A DNA stretch of 64,000 nt from Eledone cirrhosa (lineage: Eukaryota), in the NCBI GenBank assembly GCA_964016885.1, contig CAXHJY010000738.1, positions 248,001-312,000 of the forward strand. Direction: 5' to 3'. A model generated the notes under the pieces. That model was given only the letters and a program-made list of their open reading frames with translations, searched no databases and was not told the DNA's origin. Below, piece after piece: positions 62,621 through 64,000 of the stretch (position 1 is the first letter of the stretch; every line of letters begins with the position of its first letter). The translations under genes and the position numbers were made by a program.

Positions 62621-64000
62621 TACAGTAGATATATTACAGTACAGTAGGTATAATACAGTACAGTAGATATATTACAGTACAGTAGGTATATTACAGTACA
62701 GTAGGTATATTACAGTATAGTAGATATATTACAGTACAGTAGGTATAATACAGTAAACTAGGTATATTACAGTACAGTAGGTATATTACAGTACAGTAGG
62801 TATAATACAGTACAGTAGGTATATTACAGTACAGTAGGTATATTACAGTACTGTAGGTATGTTACAGTACAGTAGGTATATTACAGTACACTAGATATAT
62901 TACAGTACAGTAGGTATATTACAGTACAGTAGGTATATTACAGTACAGTAGATATATTACAGTACAGTAGGTATATTACAGTACAGTAGGTATATTACAG
63001 TACAGTAGATAGAGTACAGTACAGTAGATATATTACAGTACAGTAGGTATATTACAGTACAGTAGGTATATTACAGTACTGTAGGTATATTACAGTACAG
63101 TAGGTATATTACAGTACAGTAGGTATATTACAGTACAGTAGATATGTTACAGTACAGTAGGTATATTACAGTAGATAGATTACAGTACAGTAGATATATT
63201 ACAGTACAGTAGATATATTACAGTACAGTAGGTATATTACAGTACAGTAGGTATATTACAGTACAGTAGGTATATTACAGTACAGTAGGTATATTACAGT
63301 ACAGTAGATATATTACAGTACAGTAGGTATAATACAGTACAGTAGGTATATTACAGTACAGTAGGTATATTACAGTACAGTAGGGATATTACAGTACAGT
63401 AGTTATAATACAGTACAGTAGGTATATTACAGTACAGTAGTTATAATACAGTACAGTAGGTATATTACAGTACAGTAGGTATATTACAGTACAGTAGGTA
63501 TATTACAGTACAGTAGGTATATTACAGTACAGTAGGTATATTACAGTACAGTAGGTATATTACAGTACAGTAGATATATTACAGTACAGTAGGTATAATA
63601 CCATACAGTAGGTATATTACAGTACAGTAGGTATATTACAGTACAGTAGGTATAATACAGTACAGTAGATATATTACAGTACAGTAGGTATATTACAGTA
63701 CAGTAGGTATATTACAGTACAGTAGGTATATTACAATACAGTAGATATATTACAGTACAGTAGATATATAACAGTACAGTAGATATATTACAGTACAGTA
63801 GGTATATTACAGTACAGTAGATAGATTACAGTATAGTAGATAGATTACAGTACAATAGGTATATTACAGTACAGTATATAGATTACAGTACAGTAAATAT
63901 ATTACAGTACAGTAGGTATATTACAGTACAGTAGGTATATTACAGTACAGTAGGTATATTACAGTACAGTAGACATATTACAGTACAGTAGGTATATTAC

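Larger units (their letters stand above)
1..64000 (+). repeat. 19-bp tandem satellite array, consensus TAGGTATATTACAGTACAG, ~3,370 head-to-tail copies, extending beyond both window edges
   Basis: Unit-initial TAG falls at 1, 20, 39, 58, 77, 96, 115 ... 191, 362, 381 (period 19), and the same unit continues to base 64000. The commonest variants are TAGATATATT (G>A) and TAGGTATAAT (T>A). The monomer has an internal 5-bp direct repeat (TACAG TACAG) and one GTAC (RsaI/Csp6I) site. No reverse-complement units were seen. Confidence 0.99.

Noticed and set aside
22810-63100. LexA/SOS-box-like CTGT...ACAG in ACTGTAGG variants
   Set aside because: The spacing is CTG-N11-CAG rather than N10, and there is no bacterial gene context.
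100-63660. TATAAT -10 boxes, TATA-like TATATT, and splice-like AG/GTA and TTACAG motifs
   Set aside because: These are simply parts of the monomer or its common T>A variant, with no -35 element, gene or exon context.
1-64000. Protein-coding repeat ORF on either strand
   Set aside because: The period of 19 cycles TAG (+) and TAA (-, CTGTACTGTAATATACCTA) through all frames, giving a stop about every 57 nt. Occasional variants only extend this briefly.
1-64000. CRISPR array or other repeat-spacer system
   Set aside because: Units abut directly, with no unique spacers, leader or cas genes.
1-64000. Telomerase-synthesised telomeric repeat (long yeast-type unit)
   Set aside because: The tract is at least 64 kb, and variant patterns are copied in multi-kb blocks. 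That indicates recombinational amplification rather than templated addition, and no chromosome end is visible.
1-64000. Strict fixed-period higher-order repeat or encoded message in the variant order
   Set aside because: Offsets between matching blocks vary widely (152 to 8,465 bp) and are adequately explained by nested duplications.
1-64000. Synthetic concatemer or rolling-circle/sequencing artefact
   Set aside because: Variants are shared hierarchically between distant blocks with nested states, as expected for an evolved array rather than random error. Individual duplications could still be misassembled.

Overview
The whole 64 kb window is one uninterrupted, single-orientation tandem array of a 19-bp monomer, consensus TAGGTATATTACAGTACAG (6/19 G+C, about 32%; roughly 3,370 copies). 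I see no unique sequence, gene, RNA gene, transposon insertion or CRISPR spacer. Because 19 is not a multiple of 3 and the consensus has one TAG on + and one TAA on -, all six frames hit a stop about every 57 nt. This looks like eukaryotic satellite/heterochromatic DNA, but I cannot assign the organism or the satellite family. The real information is in the variant monomers. They recur in a fixed order (a degenerate 1.1-1.5 kb higher-order cassette) and reveal nested duplications with offsets of about 0.15-0.4, 0.36, 0.68, 2.46, 2.68, 5.45, 6.5 and 8.25-8.46 kb. They also define a left domain, a more diverged middle domain and a right domain, each with its own marker variants. I found no evidence of a new protein- or RNA-based system. 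Offsets were measured by eye from marker variants, so block boundaries are approximate (tens of bp).
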